Shown here: one piece after another, positions 11,410 through 24,208 of the stretch
How positions within the stretch are numbered: position 1 is the first letter of the stretch
Layout of the letters: the number at the start of each line of letters is the position of its first letter
Source: Daphnia carinata
Lineage: Eukaryota
Reading direction: 5' to 3'
DNA length: 64,000 nt
Assembly: GCF_022539665.2 (NCBI RefSeq)
Contig: NC_081333.1
Coordinates: 11,594,001-11,658,000, forward strand
Program-made: the position numbers and the translations under genes
Notes under the pieces: generated by a model
What the model saw: the letters and a program-made list of their open reading frames with translations, nothing else
Databases searched by the model: none
What the model was told of the DNA's origin: nothing

Positions 11410-14400
11410 TCACGACTGAGAGTCTTTTGTTAAGTTATCTAGAGCTTGCAAAAATACTTTTTTTAAGTTGTTTAAATTGAATTCTTTGCCTGAACTTGAA
11501 ACAGCTGTTGTTGGCGCTGCTGGAAGGAACCTTTGTCTGACGACGTAGTTCAGTTTACTGTCTACAATTTGCTGCCACGACTGAAAACAATCAAATTCAT
11601 TCGTTGGCAAGAATAGAAAACTAACTGTACATATCTAACTCCATATTTACTTGATCAAAATCCAGTTGTTCAACAGGAAGCAGAGCCTTTTCGAGCAAAC
11701 TGACACTTCTTTGTTTATCGCTGCTGCTTTTCTCTACTTTGAGTAAAGCCAGCAAACATTTCAAAGAACCTTGCAGCATGTGTGTGGCAGTCTTGAAGTC
11801 CTGTCATCAGGTAAAGCCAATCCAATCTTGTTTTTGTGTGATTTGTAAGAAATGTGTCTAGTTAAGTGATACCTCTTCAAAATGCTCGACTTGTTGGATA
11901 GAAAGCGTTACGCGTTCATGGGCTAATCGTACGGCAGCAAAACTGCCTTCTGTGAGTCCAGCTGTTTTGGTAGTAAGAATTTTGTTGTGGAATACCCGCT
12001 GAATGATCTGAAATTGACGGGTTGCTTGTCCAAGTTTAATCTGAAGCATCAATATTGGTCGGTTAACTTCCCAACTTTATTATTGTTAATATATGTATAC
12101 CGTTTCCTTTTTCAATTCAACGTAGTTTGAGTGGTGCGTTTCAATCTGACTCCAGGTTTCCTGCACGGGCAAGGGAGAATCTAAACTCACTTGTAGATTT
12201 GTCGATGCCGAATAGTAAAGACGTAAACGACTTTGCAATTCATCGACTAGTAGGGCTAATGCAGCCAAACTATCTGATTGCAACCTGTACTTATTTGTAG
12301 TTTTCGACACCAAAATAGAAACCACCGGGCCATTGAAGTGTTTTAAAGCAATGAGGTTAGATGCAGATTCGTCGACTGCAAAATCTTTAATTACAATATA
12401 ATTTACTTATGAATAATATTGGATTTGTATAGAAGTGTATACCTTGAAATAACTGAGCCAAACTGGCAGCTGGTTGGTTTGCTGATAACGTTACCTTAAC
12501 TCGGGCTTCACGGACTGGCACCGAGGACTGCATAACAAGTTGCAGTGGTAAGATGAACTGTTTAGTCACCGACAAAGCTCCAACCAAAGCAGTGACGACC
12601 GTAACTTCTACACGTAGCGAAGCAACCATTCCGAATTTAGAAGGAGCAACATGGAACATCATCGGTAACACAGCTTGTCCTTTGCCTTCCATTGTAAGTA
12701 AAAAAATAGTGAAACTAAATATTGATGCTGTCAATCTTTTAATTACCGTCGAGCTGAAGGCAAGTTTCAGAAGGTGTAGCAACAATTAACGGATCGCAAG
12801 TAAAAAACACTCGTATGTTAGCATTTTGATTTTTTGGTATGGTAATTATTAGATTTCCTTTGATTGCCTTAGCTAACCGCTGTGTCTCCAAGTACTCGGA
12901 GCACGTTTGGGCATCGAGCTTCAGATCGAGTTCTATATCTTTTTCTTTCGGATTTACTGGAATGTAACAGTAGGCTGTTAAAGGGTTACATCTTGTTAGA
13001 AACGCTTTAATATTAATATACACTCTTTCAATTCCCCTGCATGAAGGGACTTTTTCAGTTGTTGGAGTTCCTTCATCCCACGTCCATAGTTAATAGATCG
13101 CTGCGGTGCTTGAAGAAAGCTGTATTCAACTTGCTGTGTTCCCATGTACACGACGTTCACTTGGCCGAGATCAGTAAGAGTAACTATCAACCCTTTTATG
13201 AACTAAAAGCACAATTAGAAGAAAAGGTAAAGAAAAAAAGAAGTTAAAAAGATTCAATCCTTTGATTGTACCTGAAAAGTTGCTATTTTAATAACTAATG
13301 GGGTTGTGGGCAACTTGCAATTCCATTCCACGATGTTGTCTTTATAGACAAATAAAGTACTTGCATCCGTGCATATTAAAATCACTACATCATCCACGTA
13401 GTCCGCTAAAAAGGAAAAAGATTACACCGAGGGAACTTCAGAAGATGGTGTAGACAATACGAACGCGGGGTCAATAGAGTGAAACACATCGGGTGATAGT
13501 CCAATTTCCTGACCCATAAAATCGTTCCGTCGCTATCCTTCAAGCAATAGAGATGCCTTTCACCTAAAATCACGATGTAGGAACCGAGATTCTGAACATC
13601 TATCGCCGGTTCACTAAGTTCGAATTCCCAATCAAAAAGAAGTTTATTTGACGTGCCTGGTGTCCTAGATGATTGCTGTTCTATCGTCGAGTTTGCTAAG
13701 GATTGGTAACTAAAAAGTAAACTTTTGTAAGGCTAAATCTAGCCTTTAACACTTTGCAAATTCCAAGATTAGCCACCTGTAGCTCTGAAGATTCCACGAC
13801 GAATCGGTAACAATGAAACTTTCTGTTGACGACACGTAACATATAGGCGACGGAAGAAGATGAAGAGTGGGTAACTTGCAACTTACACCAACCCTTTCGT
13901 TCTCAAAAAACATTAAAATTCCTTCCGTCAAGGATTGCACACAGAGCTAACCAAATTTTAATTATGGACAATTGAAGTGATTAAAATGCAAAATAGTGAT
14001 AGTAAAATGTACCACGTTTGATGGCCCCGCAAGTAGTGCGTATGCATGTAAAGGTAGCCGATGCTCGTACATAAAATCCACAGTACAGTGGGAATTCAGT
14101 TCGGTGTTTTCGTTAATGACAATGCGAAGGATTCGCAAGTGCATCGGATGTAGCACTGCGACGTGCAACCCCTCAGTACTGTAATAAATACAAAATGAAA
14201 GCGTCAGTCTTTCATGCTGCAAGAAGGAGACGTCTCATTTTACTTGTTAAAGCGTCCTGAAAGGACAGCCAATACCGGTAAAGCTAGTTGCGTTTCTAGT
14301 TGCAAACCTGACAAACATGAAGTCTCTGGCGATGTTGGAGGTTTTGGATCATAAAGTCGTAGATAGCCCTGCAAACTGCCTACGATTATGAACTGTCTTG

Positions 14401-14512
14401 CTGTACCATCAACTGCATTCTCGTAACTGGCAATACACATATGGAAAGCACCGAAAGTTTCGTCGATTCCGCATTTTGTATTCCACCAATCTCGCGATTT
14501 AAACAAGGACAT
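11410..14512 (-). CDS. BBS9: Bardet-Biedl syndrome 9 / PTHB1 BBSome subunit, multi-exon
   Basis: N-terminus MSLFKSRDWWNTKCG and IIVGSLQGYLRLYDP match PTHB1. Downstream exon peptides include HVAVLHP, CVQSLTEGILMFFENE, IVTLTDLGQVNVVYMGT, VSILVSKTTNKYRLQSDS and QFQIIQR. Stop at 11410-11412. Confidence 0.92.
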
Positions 14513-14551
14513 GTTGATAACGAGTGTTTTTGTTTTACGAATTGTGAAGAA

Positions 14552-14565
14552 GTTGCTACGGCAAC
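14552..14565. promoter_or_regulatory. RFX X-box upstream of BBS9
   Basis: GTTGCTACGGCAAC fits GYTRYY-N1-3-RRHRAC. It lies ~40 bp upstream of the BBS9 ATG, and BBS genes are established RFX targets. Confidence 0.7.
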
Positions 14566-14763
14566 GGCGCCAGTGTTCGCTAGCACAATCGGCAACGCCG
14601 GCCGCATGACATTTTGAAAGAGAACAGTTTGTCTGCTTGGTCTACTCGTATTTGAAGTCCAATACTAAACGTCTCTTCTTTTCCCTTCCATCAATCAGTA
14701 CCCTTCTTTCCCGGTTTTGGACGTCTTTTTAATAGCAAAAATTGCATTTGTTAGAATAAGAAA

Positions 14764-17700
14764 ATGGACGATGAAGAGCTCTCCTCCTTGGTGCAAGCAG
14801 CTGAACAGCTCGCATCTCAACTTGACGATGGAAGTCTGGGTGAACTACCTAGAGTTGAACGCAATTTGCGGCAAATTATGGAGGCTAGTAATCAACTATG
14901 GATAAGAACATCACAAAGTGGAGGCCAAGAAAATCAAGGGTAATGACATCAAATTATGAAATGGTTTAGCCTTTTGCTAAATTAACACCATTCACAGGGC
15001 TGCATTGCTGGGCTCCGTTGGATTAGATCTTCCCCGAGTAGCACACAAGTTGGATGTTTTGAGTACAATTTCAAATTTTGAACCACTAGAACCAATCCGA
15101 GAAACAGATATTAAAGGTTTTTTAAAAAATGAACGTGAAAATGCTATATTAGCTGTAATCGAAGAGACTCGACGAATGGTACATCATTTTTTACAGAAAA
15201 AGAAATTAAAGGACAAACTAATTGCTACTTATAATTTGCTCAGAGTTTCAACCATGCCCAGCAAATGTATTGGGATTCAGTTAAAAGTGAATGGGAAAGA
15301 GAAAAGCAGCAGATCCTTAGTGCCTTAACTGAGTCTGGTGATGAATTGCTGGATATTTCTCTTCCAATTGCTGAGGTACTTTTCCATTTGAGTAGCTTAA
15401 ATTCTAATTAATTTCATTAATGTACCTTAAAATAGATGACTTCAGGAGGGATGCTTCCCATTTCCTCAAGAAGTGTTTTGGACCATCAAGAGATGGCTTA
15501 TGTCAAAGCAGTAATGGAATACAACGATCAAACATTGAAGGGGGGTATCAAACCTAGCTTAGCAGAAAAGTTCGCTCAAACTGCTCAAGCTTTCAATGAT
15601 CAAGTAACACAGCCACAGCTTTAGTAAATCAAACATAAATTAATCATAATGTCTTTGGATTCTTTAGAATATATCTGACATATGGGACATGGTACGAATG
15701 ATGGTTGATGTGCCGGTAAAGGTTAGCGGAGATAATATCTTAAAATCGCGCGGAAGTGCTCTTATGCAACGAGCTTTCATGAACCAAGGTCGTCGCTATC
15801 TTGAAGATCGGTAATAAAAAAATCAGTTTTAATAACAAACCAACCCTGCCTAACTTGACAAATGTAACTTTATCAGGTACAAATCCTATATCCGGCAAAT
15901 TGTATATAGTAATCTGGGAGCTGCCAAACTTGGCGGAATTCCCGGTACTTTACCTCTTGTACGGAGCTTTGTTTCTGCCCGTCAAATTTCGCGCACAACT
16001 GGATTAGAAGATGGTTTCGTGGATGGAGAGCCTGTTTGGCCACTAATATTTTATTGTTTGCGCTGTGGAGACATAAATGCCGCTTTACAGGCGTCTAAAC
16101 AAGCAGGGTAGTTTTCATATAATCAGACAGAAAAAATGGCTTTGGCTAATGGCTTTACTTTCTTCAACATGACTATAGAGCTGTGGTGTCAGAGTTTACA
16201 AGACTTCTAGAAGAATTAATCCATAGTGGTGATCGCAACCTGAGCCCTAGCATGGAAACCAATGCTAAATTAATGTACAAGAAAATGATTCGCACATCAA
16301 CAGATCCCTATAAACGGTAGGAGCAATTTTTTTAAATATATGTAAATATATGTATATTTTTTTATGGAAACCGTCTTTTATGTACATTACTTCTATTTCA
16401 GCGCGTCGTATTGTGTCGTGGCTGCCTGTGATGTCAATGATGATCACACTGAAGTAGCCCAATCGACGGACGATTACTTGTGGATCAAGCTTTGCCAGTT
16501 AAAAGAAGATGAGCTTGCTGGGCACGACTCTTCTCATGAGCGTGTGACTTATTCTCAATTTCAGTCACTTGTTTTGGAGGAATACGGTAATCGGCCCGTC
16601 TATTAGCATTCCTGAATATTATCGTAAATTTGTTTTATCTATTAGGTGAACGACATTTCAAGGCATACCAGGAACCTTTCCTCTACTTTGAAGTTCTTTT
16701 CCTTACCGGTCAATTCGAGGCTGCTATTGATTTTTTCGCCCGCATCGAACGACTTCGTTGCCACGCAGTTCATGTCGCCCTTGCGTTGTTTGAGAGTCAG
16801 TTTTTGGCTTTGCCCAGCAATGTTCAATCGCCGCTTCGTAAGTTCCCAATAACGTGAGATTTAAAACTACACTGCTAAACTATTTCAATATTAGTTTCAA
16901 AGGAAAATTCAGATAAACCTTCTATGAGGCGATTGAATATTGCACGTCTTGTTATGCTGTATACTCGCAAATTTGAAGCAACCGACCCTAAGGAGGCCCT
17001 CCACTATTTCTACTTTTTAAGGTAAAATTATTCAAAATAGCTTCAAATTTAGTTTTGCTTACCTATTCGGTTTTACATGATTGTGCAGAGGAATTAAAGC
17101 CTCCAAAGGAGATTCTCTTTTCACCGCTTGCGTCAGTGAACTCGTCCTCGAATCCCGTAACTTTGATTTGCTACTCGGTCGCCTAGAGCCAGACGGATCA
17201 CGTACCCAAGGGTTTTTGAACCATTTCAAAGGGACACAGGTAAACTACTTTTCATAACTTTGCATGCCTAGATATCGTGTAATTTAAATCAGTTTATAGA
17301 AACTAAAGATACTCGGCCTTCTTCCAAAACAGGTTGATACGCAAAAGATCATTGAACTCGTAGCCAGAGATTCAGAGGCTAAGGGCTTGCATGAAGATGC
17401 TGTACATCTTTACGAGCTAGCCAAAGACGGTGCAAAAGTAATTGAACTTCTTTGTCGGCTACTAAGTGGCACTATCTCACAGCCAGCTGCTATTGAATCG
17501 GAAAGTTGGAGGGTGCAGAATAAGGCCATAGCGTTCGCCCAACGATTGAAAGCATCTGGGTCCCTGTTACCTAATATAGCAGCAACTTTCTTTCTTCTTC
17601 TTGATCTCGGAATCTTTTTTTCGCTGTATCATGAAGAGAAGTACCACGAAGCATTCGAAGTAAGTAGCCAAATCATAGTTTCCTATTTTGCATTTTTTTT

Positions 17701-18166
17701 TGTGATTTTTTTCGTGCGTTGCAGACAATTGCCAAACTTCGACTTATCCCTCTCTCTCCCGATGAAGTGGAATCCCGGGTGTCAAATTTCCGAAACTTGA
17801 GTGATGACATCCGGCGAAATATTCCAGATGTGTTGTTAGCAACAATGAATATTCTTTACAAAAAATATAACCAATCCAAGTATGTAGTGATCCCAATATC
17901 TTTGATTTTCGATATATTTAACTTGTTATCTTTTTTAGGGCACCTCGTGGTTTCGTTCAATCTCGAAGGGATGATGGAGATACTGACGAGGTAAATGGAA
18001 CAGGCCACAATTCTCATAACTATACTAATCGTTTTTCCTCTAATAGTTTATGGACCAGATTAGGAAACAGGCTCGTGCTTTAACTACTTTCATTGGAATG
18101 ATTCCTTACCGAATGCCGGGAGACACTCATGCGAGGTTGGTTCAATTACAATCCATGATGATATGA
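14764..18166 (+). CDS. Nup93: Nuclear pore complex protein Nup93, multi-exon
   Basis: [127 protein letters not shown], and C-terminal [23 protein letters not shown]. Confidence 0.96.
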
Positions 18167-19873
18167 TAAGGAAGGGAGATCATTTTGATAGCTCATTTGT
18201 GCGTTTCTTAACTATAAAAGATTTCTTTGGGTTTTAATAATAAAATCCAGGGAGTAAATATTTCAGAATCCAATGGTCTTATTTGGTTTCGTTGAAAGAC
18301 ATAGACATCTAATGTAGCAAAAAACTAGTGTTCATTTTTAGAAGATTCTTGGAAGCCTTTTTACTTTAGCTACACCGCACGCTAATGTTTGGAATCCTTG
18401 GCGCTACAAGCGTACGTTGATAAAGTACCCAACATACGACAACTGTTTTGTTTGTCATGCTCCGTTCTAGTTAGCGGATCTCTTAGTAAGTAAGACTAGT
18501 TTTTTGTTTTTTTTTTACTTTCAAAATAATTAATAATTAAAGGAAGTCGTACAAACCTAGGATACTCAAATTCTAATTATTCCACAGTAGTGGAACAATT
18601 AGAATAACAATTAATTCGCTGTAAATTATGTTCTACAATATGACCCTGTATCGTGCACATAATTGTAAACGAAAGTTGAGTTGATGCTTGTCAGAAAACG
18701 TTATGATTTCGATCAAATCGTACAAGAGATTTCTGTGATTTGCAAGCCATGCGACTACATTTTTCGTTTACATCGTAACTCGGCTTTTTTATAACACCTA
18801 AGCTAAACAAAAAGCAACGAGCGACATTCCTATTGTTTCAACGTGATGGTCATTTTTGTACCAAGGACATAACAGATGTCGAAATAGCGCATTAGCTGCA
18901 GCGTCTCCAAGTTACTTGCCAGATGGGCCAAATCCCAATAAAACGTAGGAGACGTACATACTTATTTTTCTAAAGCTTTTTGACGAATATGCAACTAGGA
19001 CACTGCCCTACAACGTCTAAAACAACGCTTTATATGTTACGTTGACCTGAATTGCAATTCAAAGGAAATGAAAAGTTAGATTCATCGTGCGCTTTAACTT
19101 TTATGTATTTTGTTATCCTTTTGAAGGATCAAATCGTACGAGAAAAGTACAGTACACTACGAGTAAATGTTTCATAGGTTAAAGACAGGCGAATTGATTA
19201 GTGACTCTGTGTTGAGTCTAGGTAGGAATTTTTGTAACAGCGTTAATTATACGCCGAAAAAAACGTCTTTTTGCTTTCGTGTACCAAAAAACCATCGCTT
19301 CGGCATTTGCGCCAGGTCCCTTGTTCCTTGGCATGATTTGGACTTGCAGACGCATAGGGCAAGTGTTTTGGCATGGCCGCAAATTTCGGACAAAAATACA
19401 CATTGAGATCGTCGATAAGACTTCCCTGTTACCCGTGACTGGAAGAATGGGTCAGTTGTATGGTCTCCTTCCAACAACATGCACTTGATACTAGGCTAGG
19501 AAATTTCCCGCACGTCTATCAATACCACCTATTGCACTGAACTGCAATAAAGATGCCATAACAAAGTTTTAAAGTTAAAATTGAAATGAATAATCCAGAA
19601 ACGGGTAGTCAAACTATCAATTTCTGTTTGATTTGCCAATAGCGATACACGTTCACAAAGTCAAGGTATTGTTTTGTCGTTGTTGAATGTGAACAGAAGG
19701 TACACATGGTTGACTATCAAGGGGAAAGGAAAGAAACAAGCAGTAGAAACACTGGGAGAAACAGTAGAGATAAATTATAGAACAAGGAGGGTCCGACGAG
19801 TAGAGTATTCAGAATAAGAATAATGATTCGCCGTTGACTATCAGCCTGCGTCTTAATAAATCTTTTTCTTTCT

Positions 19874-20592
19874 TTAATAAGTTAGACTGGCGGTCACTTT
19901 ACGAGTGTAATTCCTAGCATGAACTGTATAGGTATTGACAGTGCTTCGGATGCTGTGAAGCAGTTGTGCGTCTTGATCTTTGTCCTTGTTACGGGCGGCA
20001 GCTTCACGTTTCTCCGAATAAGTCTTCAGAGCCCGTTCAGCCCACGAAAGCGCCTTCGGAGGTGCTGGCTTGTAGCCGCCACTTCGCTCATCCAAATAGT
20101 CGATCATTCCCTACACAACAACAAATGGTAAGTATGACATCGTTAGGAACTGGTAGTGAATTGGTATATCAAGGTATTCGGGGTAGGCCTACTAGCTACG
20201 GTATTGTAGCACTAGAAGCGGCAGTGAACTCGTTACATTTGAGAATGTTTTGTTCTTACCTTGTAATAATTCGAGCCGTAGTCTAAAAAAAAAAACACAA
20301 TAATTATGTAGCCAAATCATATTCATTTTGCACAAAAAACTAGTGCTATTGGGGTAACAATGATTTACGCACCGTAATTGTATTCGTAGAGATGGGATTT
20401 TGGTCTCTTCCAGTGTAAAGATACCCGCTTTTTACGTTTTTCAACTTCAACGGGGATATTGGGCTGAATTTCCGCGGGAGGAACTGCACCAGCTTCTGCA
20501 GCGTTAACTTCCTGCGCAACCGTCGAGGCATCGCCTTCCTCTAGAGGAACGAAAGTGTCACCACCTTCCAGATCAGGCATCTCGTACGACAT
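19874..20592 (-). CDS. fln: Flightin (thick-filament WYR-domain protein), 159 aa, 3 coding exons
   Basis: Exons 20592-20373, 20282-20260 (23-nt microexon) and 20110-19874 join in frame. They give an acidic N-terminus, then HWKRPKSHLYEYNYDYGSNYYKGMIDYLDERSGGYKPAPPKALSWAERALKTY (WYR domain), then DAQLLHSIRSTVNTYTVHARNY, similar to the flightin C-terminus. Confidence 0.88.
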
Positions 20593-22842
20593 CCTTTTCT
20601 ATACCACAAAATGCCAATTGCGATGAGGTTGTCATTAGCCGTTGGATTTTTCTCTCCTTTCTAACAACTACCTTGCTTTTCTTTAAACCAGCCCTTCTGA
20701 TCGAACAAACATTGAAATCTCAAATTCAAAACGAGACTATGGGGGAAAAAATCCTTGTGGAAGGAAGCAGTAAAGTAAACATTCTGGTCGAGTTTCTTTC
20801 GAGATAGAAATGCATAGGGGGAAAAGAAGCAAAAGAGAAATGAAAAATGAGCACGGACCTTTTCAAGGAAGCTCGTTAGTAATTATGCAATAATCCGGTC
20901 GTGTAGCACCCGTAGGAGCCCGGCAAGCACCTTCTTTAGAGTCTAGTGGTAGAACAACGACTGCCTTCTCGTCCCTTATCAAACACTCACCCTCACCAGC
21001 AAGAGAAATAAACCACAGTGCTACGGCTCAAGCAACAAATATGGGCTCATGCTATTTTCCCCGGCTGTGTTGGCCTCACTCAGGAGTTCTTGGTTTTTTT
21101 TATCATACCTCCCTCTAAACCACCCAACTTGTGACTACTGGATGGTGTTCCAACAACAAGGGGAGGTCTTCCATCTTTCTATATGGTTTCACTTTCTTTC
21201 CAAAATGGATTCCTTCTCCAGTATTCTTTGTCAGCGAGCCAATAGTGTTCACCTATAGTCTATCTTTCAAGTGATTTTTGGCTTCGGTTGGCTTTTTCGA
21301 TTTATTTAGCATCGTACCCCTCCTAGCGCCAACCTTCTGATTGAAAATATCCCAAGGGCAGTCCTTATGGCCGATGCTGGCCTTTATGCTCCATTCAGCA
21401 ATTCCTTTCTTCAATACAAAAACAAATAGGCTGTCGTCGTCTGCTCGGATCTTCAACATACTTTTGCCTTTGCTTCGGCGTTGAACGAAAGGAGTCCCAA
21501 GTCTCAGGCCAAAACAGTTACTGACCGTTACGGATTTGGAGATGGACGGTGACCAGGCCCAGTTGGGAACTTGTACTTGAAACTGAAATTATAGTTTCGC
21601 CGGATTGGATCCACCTCGTTCTCCGATACCTTAGTACACATCCGATACACGTAACATGCGATGAAAGGCTAGTGTCATAACATTTGAACTCTAAGCGCAG
21701 TTCGATCAACAAATGTCTTGACCCAAGGCCTCGCAGCATTCTTCGAAGAATTCTTCCGTAATTCCAAGAAAAAAAAACAAGGAAGCTATTCCCTGCACAG
21801 CAAAATTTCTTTCTTTATTTCCTGTTAGTTGAATATGACATGAACAGGTGGAAGGTATGAACAGGTGGAATCTATTTTGTAGTGAGAATGAAAGAAATCT
21901 TATACATTTTAATGTTCATTAACAAATAGGTAATATCATATAGTTTGCTGTACCACAGGAGGGTATTCATAATTTGTTGTTTCTCAAATCTTCGGTAGAG
22001 AACTCCCATTTGGATGTATGTACTACAACATGGTTACATATCCCAATGTTTTTGGAACCAAAGGTAATGTAGAACATTTCTTCGACTGCAGTAGCAATCA
22101 CCATAACATGGTAAGTAACCTTAAAGTTAAAATGGTTTGATTCACTTGGCATCGAGGAATAATTTAATGCTGAAGCCAATCAACAGCAATGCAGGAAACA
22201 ATGATTTCTATTCAAGATGAAGATTCCTGATTGGGCTGTATATTTCAAAACACATAAAGCTTTTACAAATGGAGGACACATGGGTGTTATGGGTATAGAA
22301 AGTTAACTGAACAAGAGAGAAACAGAGCATCATAAAAAACCATTCTTTATTTTAGTTTGGTAGAAGATTGCTCCCCTTCGACTCTAGCCGATTCAAGCAT
22401 GGTCTGCCACACCTAACCATCACATTCTTAATAGAGTAGCAGACTACAGACATCCAAGAAAACCGCGTGTTTCTACGATACTTACATTACACGATATGAT
22501 CTGTGCGGAGTGCTGCAACAATTTTTCTATTCGCAAGTATATCTGCAACTTTGACTTGTTTGGTGGAGTCTGTTTATGGTAACTGCCAATTTTAGGTTCT
22601 ACGTAGCTACATCGGGTGGATATAAACATAGCGTCAGGGTACGGTAAATACTGCGAATTCATTGGTGACGTAGCAAATGTGATGCGCTTTCCTTTGAAAG
22701 GATACGTGCTCTTCATGCCATTTCACGCCCATAAACGTCTTACAAAAGGTCTTTCTATGAAGGGAAAAAACCAAGTCTTTCGTCGCTGATATCATCCACT
22801 CAGTTGGTTTTTTGTTCTTCCTTCACATTATATTAATCGTTT

Positions 22843-23941
22843 CTAATAGCTGCTTGTTTCTGTAGTCATGGTGGTTCTTACACTACGTTTCTTGACATTT
22901 ACTGACGATGAAGAGGAAGACGAAAGTTGCGAATTCATTGAAGAGGTCAATGCCAAATCTTCTAGAGCTGAACCTCTGGCACGATTTGAAGCGTACTTCT
23001 CAAGCCCGCTGTCGATTTTCTCAAGCTCTTCGTCTAAATCTCGCAGCATATTGCGGCGTTTGGTGAGCGAATCTTGAATGCTTGAACTGCGCTCAGCCAT
23101 ATCCTAAACAAATATAAAAAAATCGGTAAGTGTATAAGTTGTACATTTATATGCGACAAAAAGCCTCATGGAATTATCTACTTTTATTCGTGCATTTAAG
23201 GTGCCTCGCATGGAATTTTAGCACACTATATTGATGGAGGTGATTAAGGTTTGAAAATTATTACTTTTGAAAAGAATGAATCTTTGGTGAGATCGTCAAC
23301 GTCGGTGGCGATTGGTCGACGTTTGCTTTTAATCTCTGCCAAGGCATCATCAAAGAAGCTATCCCTCGTTTTCATACCCGCACTTTCCAGTATTTGATCA
23401 GACACCGAAGGCAAATTCAGACGTGAACGATGGCGTCCTAGAAAATCGTCTAGAGTGTCAGTTTAGCAAAGCACAAACGTGAGCAACATCTGTTCCCCTT
23501 GCCATCATCCAGTATTAGTTACCTTCACCATCATCGCCAGAATAGTCTTTAAACGGATCTCCCGATGGTTTCCTGGCGGACGAGCCATCATCTCCTCCAC
23601 GACGAGGGACGGATGGGGAATAGTCGGAAGCCCTACATAGAAATCAAAAAAGATCAATCAAAAGATTTCAAATTATATGGATATCCTCCAGAAGTTTTAA
23701 GGTAACTTCACATTTACCTGTAATTGACTGGCTTGGATCTGCCATAAAGAGGGTCTTCTACTAATCTTTCCGCAAACGTTTTAGGTCCAGGCATGTCAGA
23801 TGATACGCCCGCGCTCTTTTTGTCCAAATGTCTGATCATTGGTTGGTAGTATTGTTGACCGACGTCATAGTTGTAGTCATAGACCTTCGTCGGGGGTCGT
23901 TTCCAGTTGGAGCCAACTCTTACGGTAGGTTTTTCCGACAT
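22843..23941 (-). CDS. Second WYR-domain (flightin-paralog-like) muscle protein, 255 aa, 4 exons
   Basis: Exons 23941-23718, 23632-23523, 23437-23265 and 23103-22843 total 768 nt, are all GT-AG and stay in frame. The N-terminal NWKRPPTKVYDYNYDVGQQYYQPMIRHLDKK..PGPKTFAER aligns with the flightin WYR domain. The C-terminal extension is long, charged and Ser-rich. Confidence 0.8.
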
Positions 23942-24198
23942 TGTCTAATCTTTTACTAAGTAATCAAACCAAATTTAGCTGGCTTGCAATAACAACTGGA
24001 TGTTTCCGGTACAAGTAATGTCAAGCATGTCAACTAGTCAACCGTGCCTTGTAGGGGGTGTCAATCAAAAACACCATCAGACATCTAACAAGCTATGTTT
24101 AAAAACAGACCTGCACCTCTTTTAGCTTTGTTGGTGGAGACACCAGAGCGTATACACAATCGGTCAGGAATGCAAACAGTACCAGCCTTCTTCCCAAT

Positions 24199-24208
24199 CT
24201 ATTTTTAG
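24199..24208. promoter_or_regulatory. MEF2-type site upstream of the WYR-paralog gene
   Basis: CTATTTTTAG is a perfect YTA(W)4TAR match ~260 bp upstream of the ATG of a predicted muscle gene. The motif is AT-rich, so a chance match is possible. Confidence 0.4.
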
